A stretch of DNA of 64,000 bases from Thermoanaerobaculia bacterium. Lineage in GTDB: Bacteria; Acidobacteriota; Thermoanaerobaculia; Multivoradales; JAGPDF01. Below, in pieces: positions 9,684 to 16,881 of this stretch. The stretch is from positions 216,695 to 280,694 of the forward strand of contig OY969426.1 in NCBI GenBank assembly GCA_963699245.1, given 5' to 3'. A model generated the notes under the pieces. It had not been told where the DNA came from and did not search any database. It saw nothing but the letters and a program-made list of their open reading frames with translations. How positions within the stretch are numbered: position 1 is the first letter of the stretch; each line of letters opens with the position of its first letter. Made by a program: the position numbers and the translations under genes.

Positions 9684-9974
9684 ATGCTTCCCGAGAACCG
9701 CATCCCGACTCATCCCGGCGAGATCCTGAGCGAGGAGTTCCTCAAGCCGCTCGGACTCTCGCAGGTCGCGCTGGCGGCGCACCTCGGCGTGCCGGTGCAG
9801 CGCATCAACGAGATCGTGCGCGGCAAGCGGGGAGTGACGCCCGACACCGCGTGGAAGCTGGCGCAGGCTTTCGAGACCTCTCCTGAGTTCTGGCTGAACC
9901 TGCAGGCGAATCACGACCTGGCGAAGAACCGGCCCGGTGGAAGAGTGAAGAGCCTGCTCGCGAGAGCGAGCTGA
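9684..9974 (+). CDS. higA: HigA antitoxin (XRE HTH)
   Basis: MLPENRIPTHPGEILSEEFLKPLGLSQVALAAHLGVPVQRINEIVRGKRGVTPDTAWKLAQAFETSPEFWLNLQANHDL. Intact, 96 aa. Confidence 0.9.
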   Translation: MLPENRIPTHPGEILSEEFLKPLGLSQVALAAHLGVPVQRINEIVRGKRGVTPDTAWKLAQAFETSPEFWLNLQANHDLAKNRPGGRVKSLLARAS

Positions 9975-10026
9975 AGCCGAGGAGCGCGCCCCACTCGGTC
10001 TCTCACTCCACGAAGTCGAAGGTCGT

Positions 10027-10139
10027 CGCGATTCCTCTCGCCGAATATCGAAGCCTGCCTCGACCACGACGGCGAGATCGTCATCCGGCCGAAAGCGGGG
10101 CGGCGGGCGGTAGGAGCGCTGGTCGTATCGATCGCCTGA
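10027..10139 (+). pseudogene. 3' remnant of a third XRE antitoxin copy
   Basis: Encodes SRFLSPNIEACLDHDGEIVIRPKAGRRAVGALVVSIA*. Compare SRFSSERLLRFLTCLDRDVEIVIRPKAVRRRVGTLSVSVA* at 14082-14195. Confidence 0.6.
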
Positions 10140-10261
10140 AGTCCTGCCCGACGCGCGCCGGCGATCCCGCCGCTACCATGCGGGAATACTCCGCGTGGTC
10201 GCCCGAATCGTTGAGCGGGGCGGAAAGTCCTCCGGAACCGTCGGCCTTATACTCCGCGATC

Positions 10262-10483
10262 ATGGCTACGGCAGAGACCCGCGAGCTGATTTTCGAAGTG
10301 CGCGAAGCGCCGGAGGGCGGTTACACCGCTCGGGCGCTCGGCGAGTCGATCTTCACCGAGGCGGACGACTGGAACACTCTCGAGAGCGAGATCCGGGATG
10401 CCGTCGACTGCCACTACGAGGCTTCGGAGCGGCCGGCGATCGTTCGGCTGCACTTCGTGCGGGACCAGATTCTCGCCCTGTGA
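10262..10483 (+). CDS. hicB: HicB-family antitoxin
   Basis: MATAETRELIFEVREAPEGGYTARALGESIFTEADDWNTLESEIRDAVDCHY. Small RNase-H-like HicB N-domain pattern. Stop TGA 10481-10483 overlaps the GTG of hicA. Confidence 0.7.
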   Translation: MATAETRELIFEVREAPEGGYTARALGESIFTEADDWNTLESEIRDAVDCHYEASERPAIVRLHFVRDQILAL

Positions 10484-10722
10484 GACTGCCGAGAGACCTC
10501 TCCGGCGACGATCTGGCGAAGGCCCTCGGGGCCCTGGGCTACGTCGTGACCCGCCAGACCGGATCCCATCTGCGCCTGACCAGTTCGACGAACGGCCAGC
10601 ACCACGTCACCATTCCACGGCATCGGGCGTTGCGGACGGGAACCGTCGCCGGCATTCTCGGGGACGTCGCCGAGCACCACCGAGTCGGGCGTGCCGAGTT
10701 GATCCGGCAGCTGTTCGGCTGA
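10480..10722 (+). CDS. hicA: HicA-family mRNA interferase toxin
   Basis: GTG at 10480: VRLPRDLSGDDLAKALGALGYVVTRQTGSHLRLTSSTNGQHHVTIPRHRALRTGTVAGILGDV. YcfA/HicA signature (G-S-H, H-x-T-I-P-x-H). Confidence 0.75.
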   Translation: MRLPRDLSGDDLAKALGALGYVVTRQTGSHLRLTSSTNGQHHVTIPRHRALRTGTVAGILGDVAEHHRVGRAELIRQLFG

Positions 10723-10918
10723 AGGCCCTTCCACAGCTAACGCAGGGCATGGCTCCGCTGACCTGGGGGAGACAGGCATCGCGGAGCCCTTCTTCCGCTA
10801 CCGGCGCCGCCGGGACCGCATCCGCCAGAGGACCTGCCGGTCTTCCGTCTTCTGCCTGCCAGGAGGCGGATCGGAATGGCCGATCGCGGAAACTCAATGG
10901 CTACGCAAGTGGGCCCAC

Positions 10919-10946
10919 TTGACTCTGTTCCCAAATTGGGTAGGAT
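10919..10946 (+). promoter_or_regulatory. Sigma70-like promoter (TTGACT-16 nt-TAGGAT) for the MNT/HEPN pair; predicts a near-leaderless mRNA
   Basis: TTGACT at 10919-10924 and TAGGAT at 10941-10946. ATG at 10957 with no Shine-Dalgarno in between. Confidence 0.45.
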
Positions 10947-10956
10947 CGTTCCCGAA

Positions 10957-11568
10957 ATGGGAAAGAAAAAGCCAAAGAAGGCGGCGAGCGGGCTGGCGGC
11001 GGCGCTGTTCTCGCCGGTGCAGCAGCGAGTTCTCGGGCTCCTCTTCGGGCAACCTGGGCGGCGCTTCAGGAGCGGGGAGATCATCGCGCTCGCGGGCAGC
11101 GGCACCGGCGCGACACACCGGCAGCTCCAGCGGTTGGCCGAGGCGGGGCTCGTCACCGTGACGCGCATCGGCAACCAGAAGCACTACCAGGCCGATCCGA
11201 AGTCGCCGATCTATTCCGAGTTGCACGGCCTCGCCGTCAAGACCGTCGGCCTCGTCGAGCCCCTTCGCGTCGCTCTCGCGCCGCTCGCCTCCAGGATCGA
11301 GAGCGCTTTCGTCTTCGGCTCCGTCGCCAAGGCGACCGACCGGGCGGCCAGCGACATCGACCTGATGGTGGTGAGCGACGAAGTCAGCTACGGCGAGGTC
11401 TACGAGGCGCTCGAGCGCGCCGCCCGCATCCTCGCCCGTCCGATCAATCCGACGGTTCGCACCCGGAGCGAGTGGCGAAAGGAGCTGGCCTCAGGTGACT
11501 CCTTCGCGAAGCGAATCGCGAGCCAGCCGCGGATCTTCGTGCTCGGGAGCGAAGATGCCGCGGCCTGA
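10957..11568 (+). CDS. wHTH + minimal nucleotidyltransferase (MNT-type antitoxin)
   Basis: LFSPVQQRVLGLLFGQPGRRFRSGEIIALAGSGTGATHRQLQRLAEAGLVTVTRIGNQKHY (winged helix), then FVFGSVAKATDRAASDIDLMVV (GS-x-DxD NTase motif). The ORF-track start at 10876 is probably too long given the promoter. Confidence 0.7.
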   Translation: MGKKKPKKAASGLAAALFSPVQQRVLGLLFGQPGRRFRSGEIIALAGSGTGATHRQLQRLAEAGLVTVTRIGNQKHYQADPKSPIYSELHGLAVKTVGLVEPLRVALAPLASRIESAFVFGSVAKATDRAASDIDLMVVSDEVSYGEVYEALERAARILARPINPTVRTRSEWRKELASGDSFAKRIASQPRIFVLGSEDAAA

Positions 11569-11989
11569 GCTCGACAACCTCGTGCGCGCCGGCGTGCTGC
11601 AGGAAGAGGCTGCGAGCCGCGCGGAATTCCTCGGGCTGCTCCGCTCGGCAGAGACTCGATTGCAGGACGCGACGCGGTCCGACATCGCGAGCGACTCCCG
11701 ATTCGACCTCGCGTACAACGCTGCCCACGCGCTCGCGCTGGCGGCGCTGCGCGCGCACGGATATCGCGCTGGGAAGCGCTACGTCGTCTTTCCGGCGCTC
11801 GAGCACACGCTGGGCCTCGACAAGCCGACGTGGCTCCTGTTGGCGAAGTGCCATGAGCGCCGGAATCGGATCGAGTACGGAGGATTCGCGCCAGTGGACG
11901 AGGCGCTGCTTGCCGAGCTCGTCGAGGCCGCGCAGAAACTTCTCACGCTGGTGCGCGCGATGCCTCTTCCCGCGGAGGGCACCGTCTGA
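11555..11989 (+). CDS. HEPN-like helical protein (putative toxin partner of MNT)
   Basis: ATG at 11555 overlaps the MNT stop by 14 nt. All-helical: FDLAYNAAHALALAALRAHGYRAGKRYVVFPALEHTL...KCHERRNRIEYGG. I could not find a canonical Rx4-6H motif, so the family call is tentative. Confidence 0.5.
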   Translation: MPRPELDNLVRAGVLQEEAASRAEFLGLLRSAETRLQDATRSDIASDSRFDLAYNAAHALALAALRAHGYRAGKRYVVFPALEHTLGLDKPTWLLLAKCHERRNRIEYGGFAPVDEALLAELVEAAQKLLTLVRAMPLPAEGTV

Positions 11990-12077
11990 GGTTTGGTGTC
12001 GTCAGGGGGAGCACAACTCTTCGTCTCTTGTCGGCCAGGATGCGGATCGCAATGCCCGAGCCTCGCAAATCATTGAG

Positions 12078-12096
12078 TACGCAAGTTGCGTATAAT
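12078..12096 (+). promoter_or_regulatory. Palindromic operator TACGCAA-g-TTGCGTA overlapping a TATAAT -10 box
   Basis: TACGCAAGTTGCGTA at 12078-12092 is a perfect 7-bp inverted repeat. TATAAT at 12091-12096. No good -35 box. The TTG of the toxin remnant lies 5 nt downstream. Confidence 0.45.
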
Positions 12097-12101
12097 ACGC
12101 C

Positions 12102-12179
12102 TTGAAGGCTGTTTTCCTGGAGCCGGCAGCCTTCGCGCGGCATCGGAACAGCTACCTCGATGACGGAAGGGCGGAATGA
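12102..12179 (+). pseudogene. 25-codon remnant of a RelE/HigB-superfamily toxin (internal deletion)
   Basis: TTG at 12102: LKAVFLEPAAFARHRNSYLDDGRAE*. This resembles, from memory, the N-terminus (KAVF-E-x-x-F-x-R-x-x-x-YL-D) of ~100-aa toxins encoded upstream of COG2944-type antitoxins. TGA 12177-12179 overlaps the antitoxin ATG (ATGA). Confidence 0.45.
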
Positions 12180-12523
12180 AGCGCACCGCGAGCAAGGACT
12201 CGAGAAGGATTCCGAAGCGGGACCTGTTCGCCGAGCTCGACGAGGGGCTGCGGGCTCTCGCCGAAGAGCGGCAGGGGAAGCGCACCCTGCGCCACCACGC
12301 CGTCGAGCTCCCGCCGCCTCCCGAGATCACGCCGCGGGAGCTCGTCCGGCTGCGCGAGACGCTCAACCTCTCGCGCGCCCTGTTCGCCGTCTATCTGCGC
12401 ACCAATCTCCGGACGCTCGAGAACTGGGAGCAGGGACGAGCGCGGCCGAACGCCCAGGCGGCTCTTTTGATCCGGCTGGTCGAGCGCTACCCCGACACGG
12501 TGCAGCGGCTCGCGGCGATCTAG
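12176..12523 (+). CDS. COG2944/NadS-like HTH antitoxin
   Basis: Intact 115 aa: ...ITPRELVRLRETLNLSRALFAVYLRTNLRTLENWEQGRARPNAQAALLIRLVERYPDTVQRL. Confidence 0.75.
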   Translation: MKRTASKDSRRIPKRDLFAELDEGLRALAEERQGKRTLRHHAVELPPPPEITPRELVRLRETLNLSRALFAVYLRTNLRTLENWEQGRARPNAQAALLIRLVERYPDTVQRLAAI

Positions 12524-12617
12524 ATTCAGTGCGGGTCAACGAGCAAGGAGCCGCCTCTTCGATACGTCTCTCCCTTCCGAGAGGGCGCTTTCAGCGTCGC
12601 TCGGAAGGGGTGGAGAG

Positions 12618-12887
12618 GTGCCCACGATCAGCCGGTTCTTCGGGATCAGGATCAAGATGTACGTGAGAGATCATCCTCCGCCGCACTTCCATGCGACCTA
12701 TGGCGGACTCGAGGCGACATTCACGATCGGCAGCCTGCGGGTTCTGGCCGGCCAACTGCCGCCCCGAGTCGTCGGCCTGGTGCTGGAATGGGCGCTGATG
12801 CACCGGCCCGAGTTGCGCGAGAATTGGCGACGCGCCGAGAATAGGGAGCCGTTGGTGCCTATTGCCGGCCTCGGCGAGGAGAACTGA
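12618..12887 (+). CDS. DUF4160-family protein
   Basis: GTG at 12618 after GGAGAGG: PTISRFFGIRIKMYVRDHPPPHFHATYGGLEATFTI. Characteristic DUF4160 start. Confidence 0.8.
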   Translation: MPTISRFFGIRIKMYVRDHPPPHFHATYGGLEATFTIGSLRVLAGQLPPRVVGLVLEWALMHRPELRENWRRAENREPLVPIAGLGEEN

Positions 12888-12888
12888 G

Positions 12889-13140
12889 ATGTGGAGGATC
12901 GTGAAGGTCCAGACCCTGCCGCATTATCGACTGGACGTCGAATTCGAGGATGGAGTGCGCGGGATCGTGGATCTGAGTCGCGACCTCTGGGGACCGATGT
13001 TCGAGCCGCTCAAGGATCCCGAGTACTTCGCCAAGGCCTTCCTCGACGAGGACGGTGTCGTCTGCTGGCCGCACGGTCTCGATCTGGCGCCTGACGCGAT
13101 GTACGAGGACCTCGTGCGCGGCGGATCGGTCGTTCGCTAG
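12889..13140 (+). CDS. DUF2442-family protein (intact copy B)
   Basis: ATG 12889, 1 nt after the DUF4160 stop: MWRIVKVQTLPHYRLDVEFEDGVRGIVDLSRDLWGPMFEPLKDPEYFAKAF. Confidence 0.8.
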   Translation: MWRIVKVQTLPHYRLDVEFEDGVRGIVDLSRDLWGPMFEPLKDPEYFAKAFLDEDGVVCWPHGLDLAPDAMYEDLVRGGSVVR

Positions 13141-13358
13141 AAGCAGCGATCTCCGAAGATCCGCTCGTACGCCGTCAGCGCCTTCCAGCCGGGGTCGGCG
13201 TCGAGCTTCGGGAGCTCGCCGAGGATGAAGCGCAGCTCGCGCTGCATCGCGCGATCGGCATGGAGCATCCGGGCCACGAGGTCCTCGTTCGAAGGGTCAT
13301 GGGCAGGGGCGGGACGCGGGAACTTCGGGGGCGGGTTCGCGGAGCGATCGTCGGTCAT
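13137..13358 (-). pseudogene. Deletion derivative of hypothetical gene Y
   Basis: 13150-13190 aligns with 8151-8188 and 13191-~13395 aligns with 8442-~8645. About 253 bp (8189-8441) are missing, with the junction at ...ttccagcc|ggggtcggcg.... The product MTDDRSANPPPKF...KLDADPG|WKALTAYERIF joins the two ends of Y. Confidence 0.65.
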
Positions 13359-13464
13359 GGCGTCGCCTCCGGTCAGCTCCACGGCTTCGTCAGCAAGTCG
13401 AAGACGGCCGATTCCGTCCAGAGAAGGGAGGCGGGACCTCTCTGAGTCTGGAAGGGAACCGGAG

Positions 13465-13487
13465 TGATATATCCAATACGGTATACT
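13465..13487 (+). promoter_or_regulatory. Conserved promoter/operator box, copy B (TGATATATCCAATACGGTATAC; TATACT -10 at 13482-13487)
   Basis: Same box as 6194-6216. TATACT ends 5 nt before ATG 13493, which predicts a leaderless transcript. Confidence 0.5.
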
Positions 13488-13492
13488 CTTTC

Positions 13493-13873
13493 ATGAGGCG
13501 CTGGCTGGCGCGTCTCGAGCGACCCGTTCACTGGGTCGGGTCGTCGAAGCGCGACCTCCTGAGCTTTCCCGAACCGGTCATCGACAACTTCGGGCACGCT
13601 CTGGGGGTCCTCCAGGCAGGGCGCTTACCGCCGGCTGCGAAGCCCTGGAAGGGGGAGGGCGCGGGAGTGCTCGAGCTGGTCGAAAGCAGTCACGGCAACA
13701 CCTGGCGGGTCGTCGTAACGGTGAGATTCGAAAGAGCGGTCTACGTGCTGCACTGCTTCCAGAAGAAATCGCCGCGAGGCCGGGCCACGGCGAGAGAAGA
13801 CATCGATCTGGTGCGACTCCGGCTGCGTGCAGCGGCAGAAGACTACGAGGTGCGACATGGCAAAGAAGACTGA
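13493..13873 (+). CDS. Gp49-like / HigB-type toxin (RelE superfamily, DUF891-like)
   Basis: VHWVGSSKRDLLSFPEPVIDNFGHALGVLQAGRLPPAAKPWKGEGAGVLELVESSHGNTWRVVVTVRFERAVYVLHCFQKKS. Intact, 126 aa. Confidence 0.75.
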   Translation: MRRWLARLERPVHWVGSSKRDLLSFPEPVIDNFGHALGVLQAGRLPPAAKPWKGEGAGVLELVESSHGNTWRVVVTVRFERAVYVLHCFQKKSPRGRATAREDIDLVRLRLRAAAEDYEVRHGKED

Positions 13874-14195
13874 GCGGATCCGGATCGAGGTCGGCACCGG
13901 GGACGTGTTCCGGGACCTCGGCCGCAGCGAGCCGGACGAGCGCCAGCTACGGACGCGGCTGGCCCTGCAGATCAACGACATCCTCGCCGAGCGCCGGTTC
14001 CCGCAGGCGCAGATCGCCAGGCTGCTCGGTATTCCGCAGCCCCACGTCTCCGAGCTCAAGCACTACAAGCTCTCTCGCTTCTCGTCCGAGCGCCTGCTGC
14101 GCTTCCTGACCTGCCTCGACCGCGACGTGGAAATCGTGATCCGGCCGAAGGCGGTGCGGCGGCGCGTTGGGACGCTGTCGGTGTCGGTGGCTTGA
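13857..14195 (+). CDS. XRE-family HTH antitoxin (intact copy B)
   Basis: MAKKTERIRIEVGTGDVFRDLGRSEPDERQLRTRLALQINDILAERRFPQAQIARLLGIPQPHVSELKHYKLSRFSSERLLRFL. Overlaps the toxin stop by 17 nt. Confidence 0.8.
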   Translation: MAKKTERIRIEVGTGDVFRDLGRSEPDERQLRTRLALQINDILAERRFPQAQIARLLGIPQPHVSELKHYKLSRFSSERLLRFLTCLDRDVEIVIRPKAVRRRVGTLSVSVA

Positions 14196-14372
14196 GGGAG
14201 AACCTGGCAGGAGGATAGCTCAGGCTCAGCGCAGCTGCTCGGCCCGGAGGCACCGATGCGGCGCAAGAAGAGGAGGTGGGCTCTCGTCTCCTGAGGACGT
14301 GGGCACGAGAGGTTCTGCACGGAGTCGCTTTTCGCCGCTTGACCGAGCGTATCTCAAAGGATACAGTCGGCC

Positions 14373-14663
14373 GTGATCGAGGTCGAGCAGACTCCGGTCT
14401 ACGCGCGATGGTTTGCCGGACTGCAGGATCGTCAGGCGCGGGTTCGAATCGACGCCAGGCTTCGCCGCCTGTCGCTGGGAAATTTCGGGTTGACCGGCGC
14501 CGTCGGCGAGGGAGTGCGCGAGATAAAGATCGACTGGGGGCCGGGCTACCGGATCTACTTCGTGCAGCGAGGTTCATCCCTCGTCATCTTGCTCGCCGGC
14601 GGCGACAAGCGGACCCAGCAGCGCGACATCGCGCGGGCTATCGAGCTGGCACGCGAGCTCTAG
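14373..14663 (+). CDS. Addiction-module killer protein (RelE/StbE family)
   Basis: GTG at 14373: IEVEQTPVYARWFAGLQDRQARVRIDARLRRLSLGNFGLTGAVGEGVREIKIDWGPGYRIYFVQRGSSLVILLAGGDKRTQQRDI. Confidence 0.85.
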   Translation: MIEVEQTPVYARWFAGLQDRQARVRIDARLRRLSLGNFGLTGAVGEGVREIKIDWGPGYRIYFVQRGSSLVILLAGGDKRTQQRDIARAIELAREL

Positions 14664-14674
14664 GAGGCGTCGGA

Positions 14675-15058
14675 ATGGGAAAGCTCAGGACTCGCCGTTG
14701 GGATCCCGTCAGGCACCTGCGCGACGAAGAGGACATGGTGGCTTATCTCCAGGCGGCGCTCGAGGACGGGACGCCCGGGTTGGTGACGGCGGTGCTCGGC
14801 GATATCGCCCGGGCGAAGGGGATGACGGCCGTCGCGCGGAAGGCGGGGCTCGGGCGCGAGAGCCTCTACAAGGCGCTGTCGCCCGAAGGGAATCCGGAGT
14901 TCGCCACCGTCCTGCGCGTCGTCGAAGCGCTCGGACTGCGGTTCGAGGTGGCGGAGGCGAGCCGCGAGAACGCGGTCACCGCCCCCCGAACGGCCGCGGC
15001 GGCACGCTCCGCAGGTACTCCCAGAGCGCCCGCTTCTCGGTCTCGTTCATCGCGTTGA
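14675..15058 (+). CDS. Addiction-module antidote protein (HigA family)
   Basis: MGKLRTRRWDPVRHLRDEEDMVAYLQAALEDGTPGLVTAVLGDIARAKGMTAVARKAGLGRESLYKALSPEGNPEFATVLRVVEALGLRF. The last ~28 codons run 83 nt into the convergent cytochrome c gene and may be a high-GC read-through tail. The right edge of the island is about here. Confidence 0.8.
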   Translation: MGKLRTRRWDPVRHLRDEEDMVAYLQAALEDGTPGLVTAVLGDIARAKGMTAVARKAGLGRESLYKALSPEGNPEFATVLRVVEALGLRFEVAEASRENAVTAPRTAAAARSAGTPRAPASRSRSSR

Positions 15059-15881
15059 TCACCTGGATCGGCATCATCGGGTTCAACTTGCGGCCGTCCG
15101 GGCGCAGGCCGGTCGCCAGCAGGTGCTCGAAATCGGCGAAGGTCCAGTCGCGGATGCCGGTCGCGTCCGGCGTGATGTTGAGCGGGATCGCCATCTCGGG
15201 AGGTGCGCCGGGGATCTTGCCGCCCGACAGGTGCTCGCCGTGGCAGCCCGTGCAGCTGCGCGCCAGGAAGGCGCCGTAGAGCGCCGTCGGCGCCGGCGCG
15301 GGGGCGGTCTCGCGGCGCGTGTGGTCGATGCGCCGCGCGATGTCGAGCACGAAGAGGTCCTGGCGATCGAGGAACTTGCCGAGCAGGCCGATCTCGACGG
15401 GCCCGTTCGGCTTGCTGACCGCCGGCACCGAGCGGACGTAGCTGATCAGCGCCACGATGTCCTCGTCCGGCAGCCAGTGGATCTCGTGCGCTGGCATGAA
15501 GCGGACCGACCGGCCGTCGCGCCTGACCCCGTGCAGGATCAGGCGGGCGATCTCGCCGTCGCTGTAGGAGGCCGCGACGCCCCCCGGCGTGATGTTCGGC
15601 GCCGTGACGCGGCCGAGCGGGCCGGCCTCGATGGTCGAGCCGCCGGCGAGGTCGCTGGCGTGGCAGTCGCTGTTGGCGCAGCCGCCGACCGACTCGGCGA
15701 GGTGCTTGCCGCGCTCGACCACGGCCGGATCCTGCGACGCCGCGAGCGGCGGCAGCGGGATGTCGTAGACCCGCTTCATGCTGGCGTCGAAGCGGTAGAT
15801 CGTCCCGCCGACGTACGCCGCGCCGGCGACGACGACGACACCGAGGACGAGGGCCGTGATCCTGAGGGCTCGCTTCCACAT
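14976..15881 (-). CDS. Membrane-anchored c-type cytochrome (two heme motifs, one non-canonical)
   Basis: N-terminal anchor ITALVLGVVVVAGAAY. Motifs GGCANSDCH (CX4CH) and SCTGCHG (CXXCH). Intact 301-aa ORF. Confidence 0.7.
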   Translation of the reverse strand: MWKRALRITALVLGVVVVAGAAYVGGTIYRFDASMKRVYDIPLPPLAASQDPAVVERGKHLAESVGGCANSDCHASDLAGGSTIEAGPLGRVTAPNITPGGVAASYSDGEIARLILHGVRRDGRSVRFMPAHEIHWLPDEDIVALISYVRSVPAVSKPNGPVEIGLLGKFLDRQDLFVLDIARRIDHTRRETAPAPAPTALYGAFLARSCTGCHGEHLSGGKIPGAPPEMAIPLNITPDATGIRDWTFADFEHLLATGLRPDGRKLNPMMPIQVINAMNETEKRALWEYLRSVPPRPFGGR

Positions 15882-15965
15882 GGCTCTGTTTTCTCCGAAA
15901 TTCGGGGGACGATATCAACGCCGGCGCGCCTCGTGCGACAATCGCGCCTTTCCAAGGAGGGGGAC

Positions 15966-16868
15966 ATGAGAGTGCGCGTTTTCGCCTGCTGCTTCACCCT
16001 GGCGTTCGCCGTCGCCAGCCTCGCCGGGGCCGCCGGCAAGACGGCCCGTCTCCTCGGCACGCCGGCGAGCCTCGGCGACGGCTCGGTGACGAGCTATGCC
16101 GAGGTCGATGCCAAGGGGGCGCCGAAGGCGATCGGCGTCGCCTTCTCGGCGGCGTCGCTGGCCAGCCTGCCGATGACGCCGCCCACCGACGGGCATCGCT
16201 GCTTCGACGCCAACAACGACGGCACGATCGATGCCGCGACGGAGTGCTCGGCCTGGTACGAGCGCGTCCTGCCGCTCCCCTCGGAGAGCGCGCGACAGGC
16301 CGACATGCCCTTCAAGTGGGCGCTGCTCAACTGGAACCCGATCGGGCACATGCCGCCGGGGGTGTTCGACAAGCCGCACTTCGACGTCCATTTCTATCTC
16401 GAGCCGATCGAGAACATCTTCGCCATCCAGCGCGGCCCCTGCGGCCCCGAGCTGGTGCGCTGCGACCAGTTCGCGCTGGCGCGCAAGCCGCTCCCGAGCA
16501 ACTACCTGCCGGCGAACTACCTCGACCTCGGCATCGTCGCCCCGGCGATGGGCAACCACCTGATCGACCCGCAGAACCACAACTTCTCGGGCGAGCCCTT
16601 CACGCGGCACTGGGTCTACGGCGCCTACGACGGCCGGGTCATCTTCTACGAGGAGATGCTGACGCTGGCCTTCCTGCAGTCGAAGCCGTCGGTCTGCTAC
16701 CCGATTCCGGTCGCCGAGGGCTTCGCGGTCGCCGGTTGGTACCCGACCCAGTCCTGCATCCGCTACCACCGCGACAAGGACGAGTACACGGTCTCGCTCG
16801 AGCAGTTCGTCGCGCGCCCGGCGAGCCCCCCGGGCCCGCTGCGCCAGGTGCCGAAACTGAATCCGTGA
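15966..16868 (+). CDS. Secreted conserved hypothetical protein (possibly DUF5602/TTHB210-like; unverified)
   Basis: ATG at 15966 with signal peptide MRVRVFACCFTLAFAVASLAGAAG. Conserved-looking block NWNPIGHMPPGVFDKPHFDVHFY. Confidence 0.6.
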   Translation: MRVRVFACCFTLAFAVASLAGAAGKTARLLGTPASLGDGSVTSYAEVDAKGAPKAIGVAFSAASLASLPMTPPTDGHRCFDANNDGTIDAATECSAWYERVLPLPSESARQADMPFKWALLNWNPIGHMPPGVFDKPHFDVHFYLEPIENIFAIQRGPCGPELVRCDQFALARKPLPSNYLPANYLDLGIVAPAMGNHLIDPQNHNFSGEPFTRHWVYGAYDGRVIFYEEMLTLAFLQSKPSVCYPIPVAEGFAVAGWYPTQSCIRYHRDKDEYTVSLEQFVARPASPPGPLRQVPKLNP

Positions 16869-16881
16869 GCGGCGCCGCCGC

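Noticed and set aside
14226-14245. 20-nt match (18/20) to the 3' end of the antitoxin gene at 6933-6952, possibly an eighth mosaic fragment
   Set aside because: Too short and too GC-rich to separate from chance without a statistical alignment.
14440-14460. GGGTTCGAATC, a tRNA T-arm-like string
   Set aside because: It lies inside the well-supported killer-protein ORF (ARVRIDARL). No acceptor or anticodon arms can be drawn around it.
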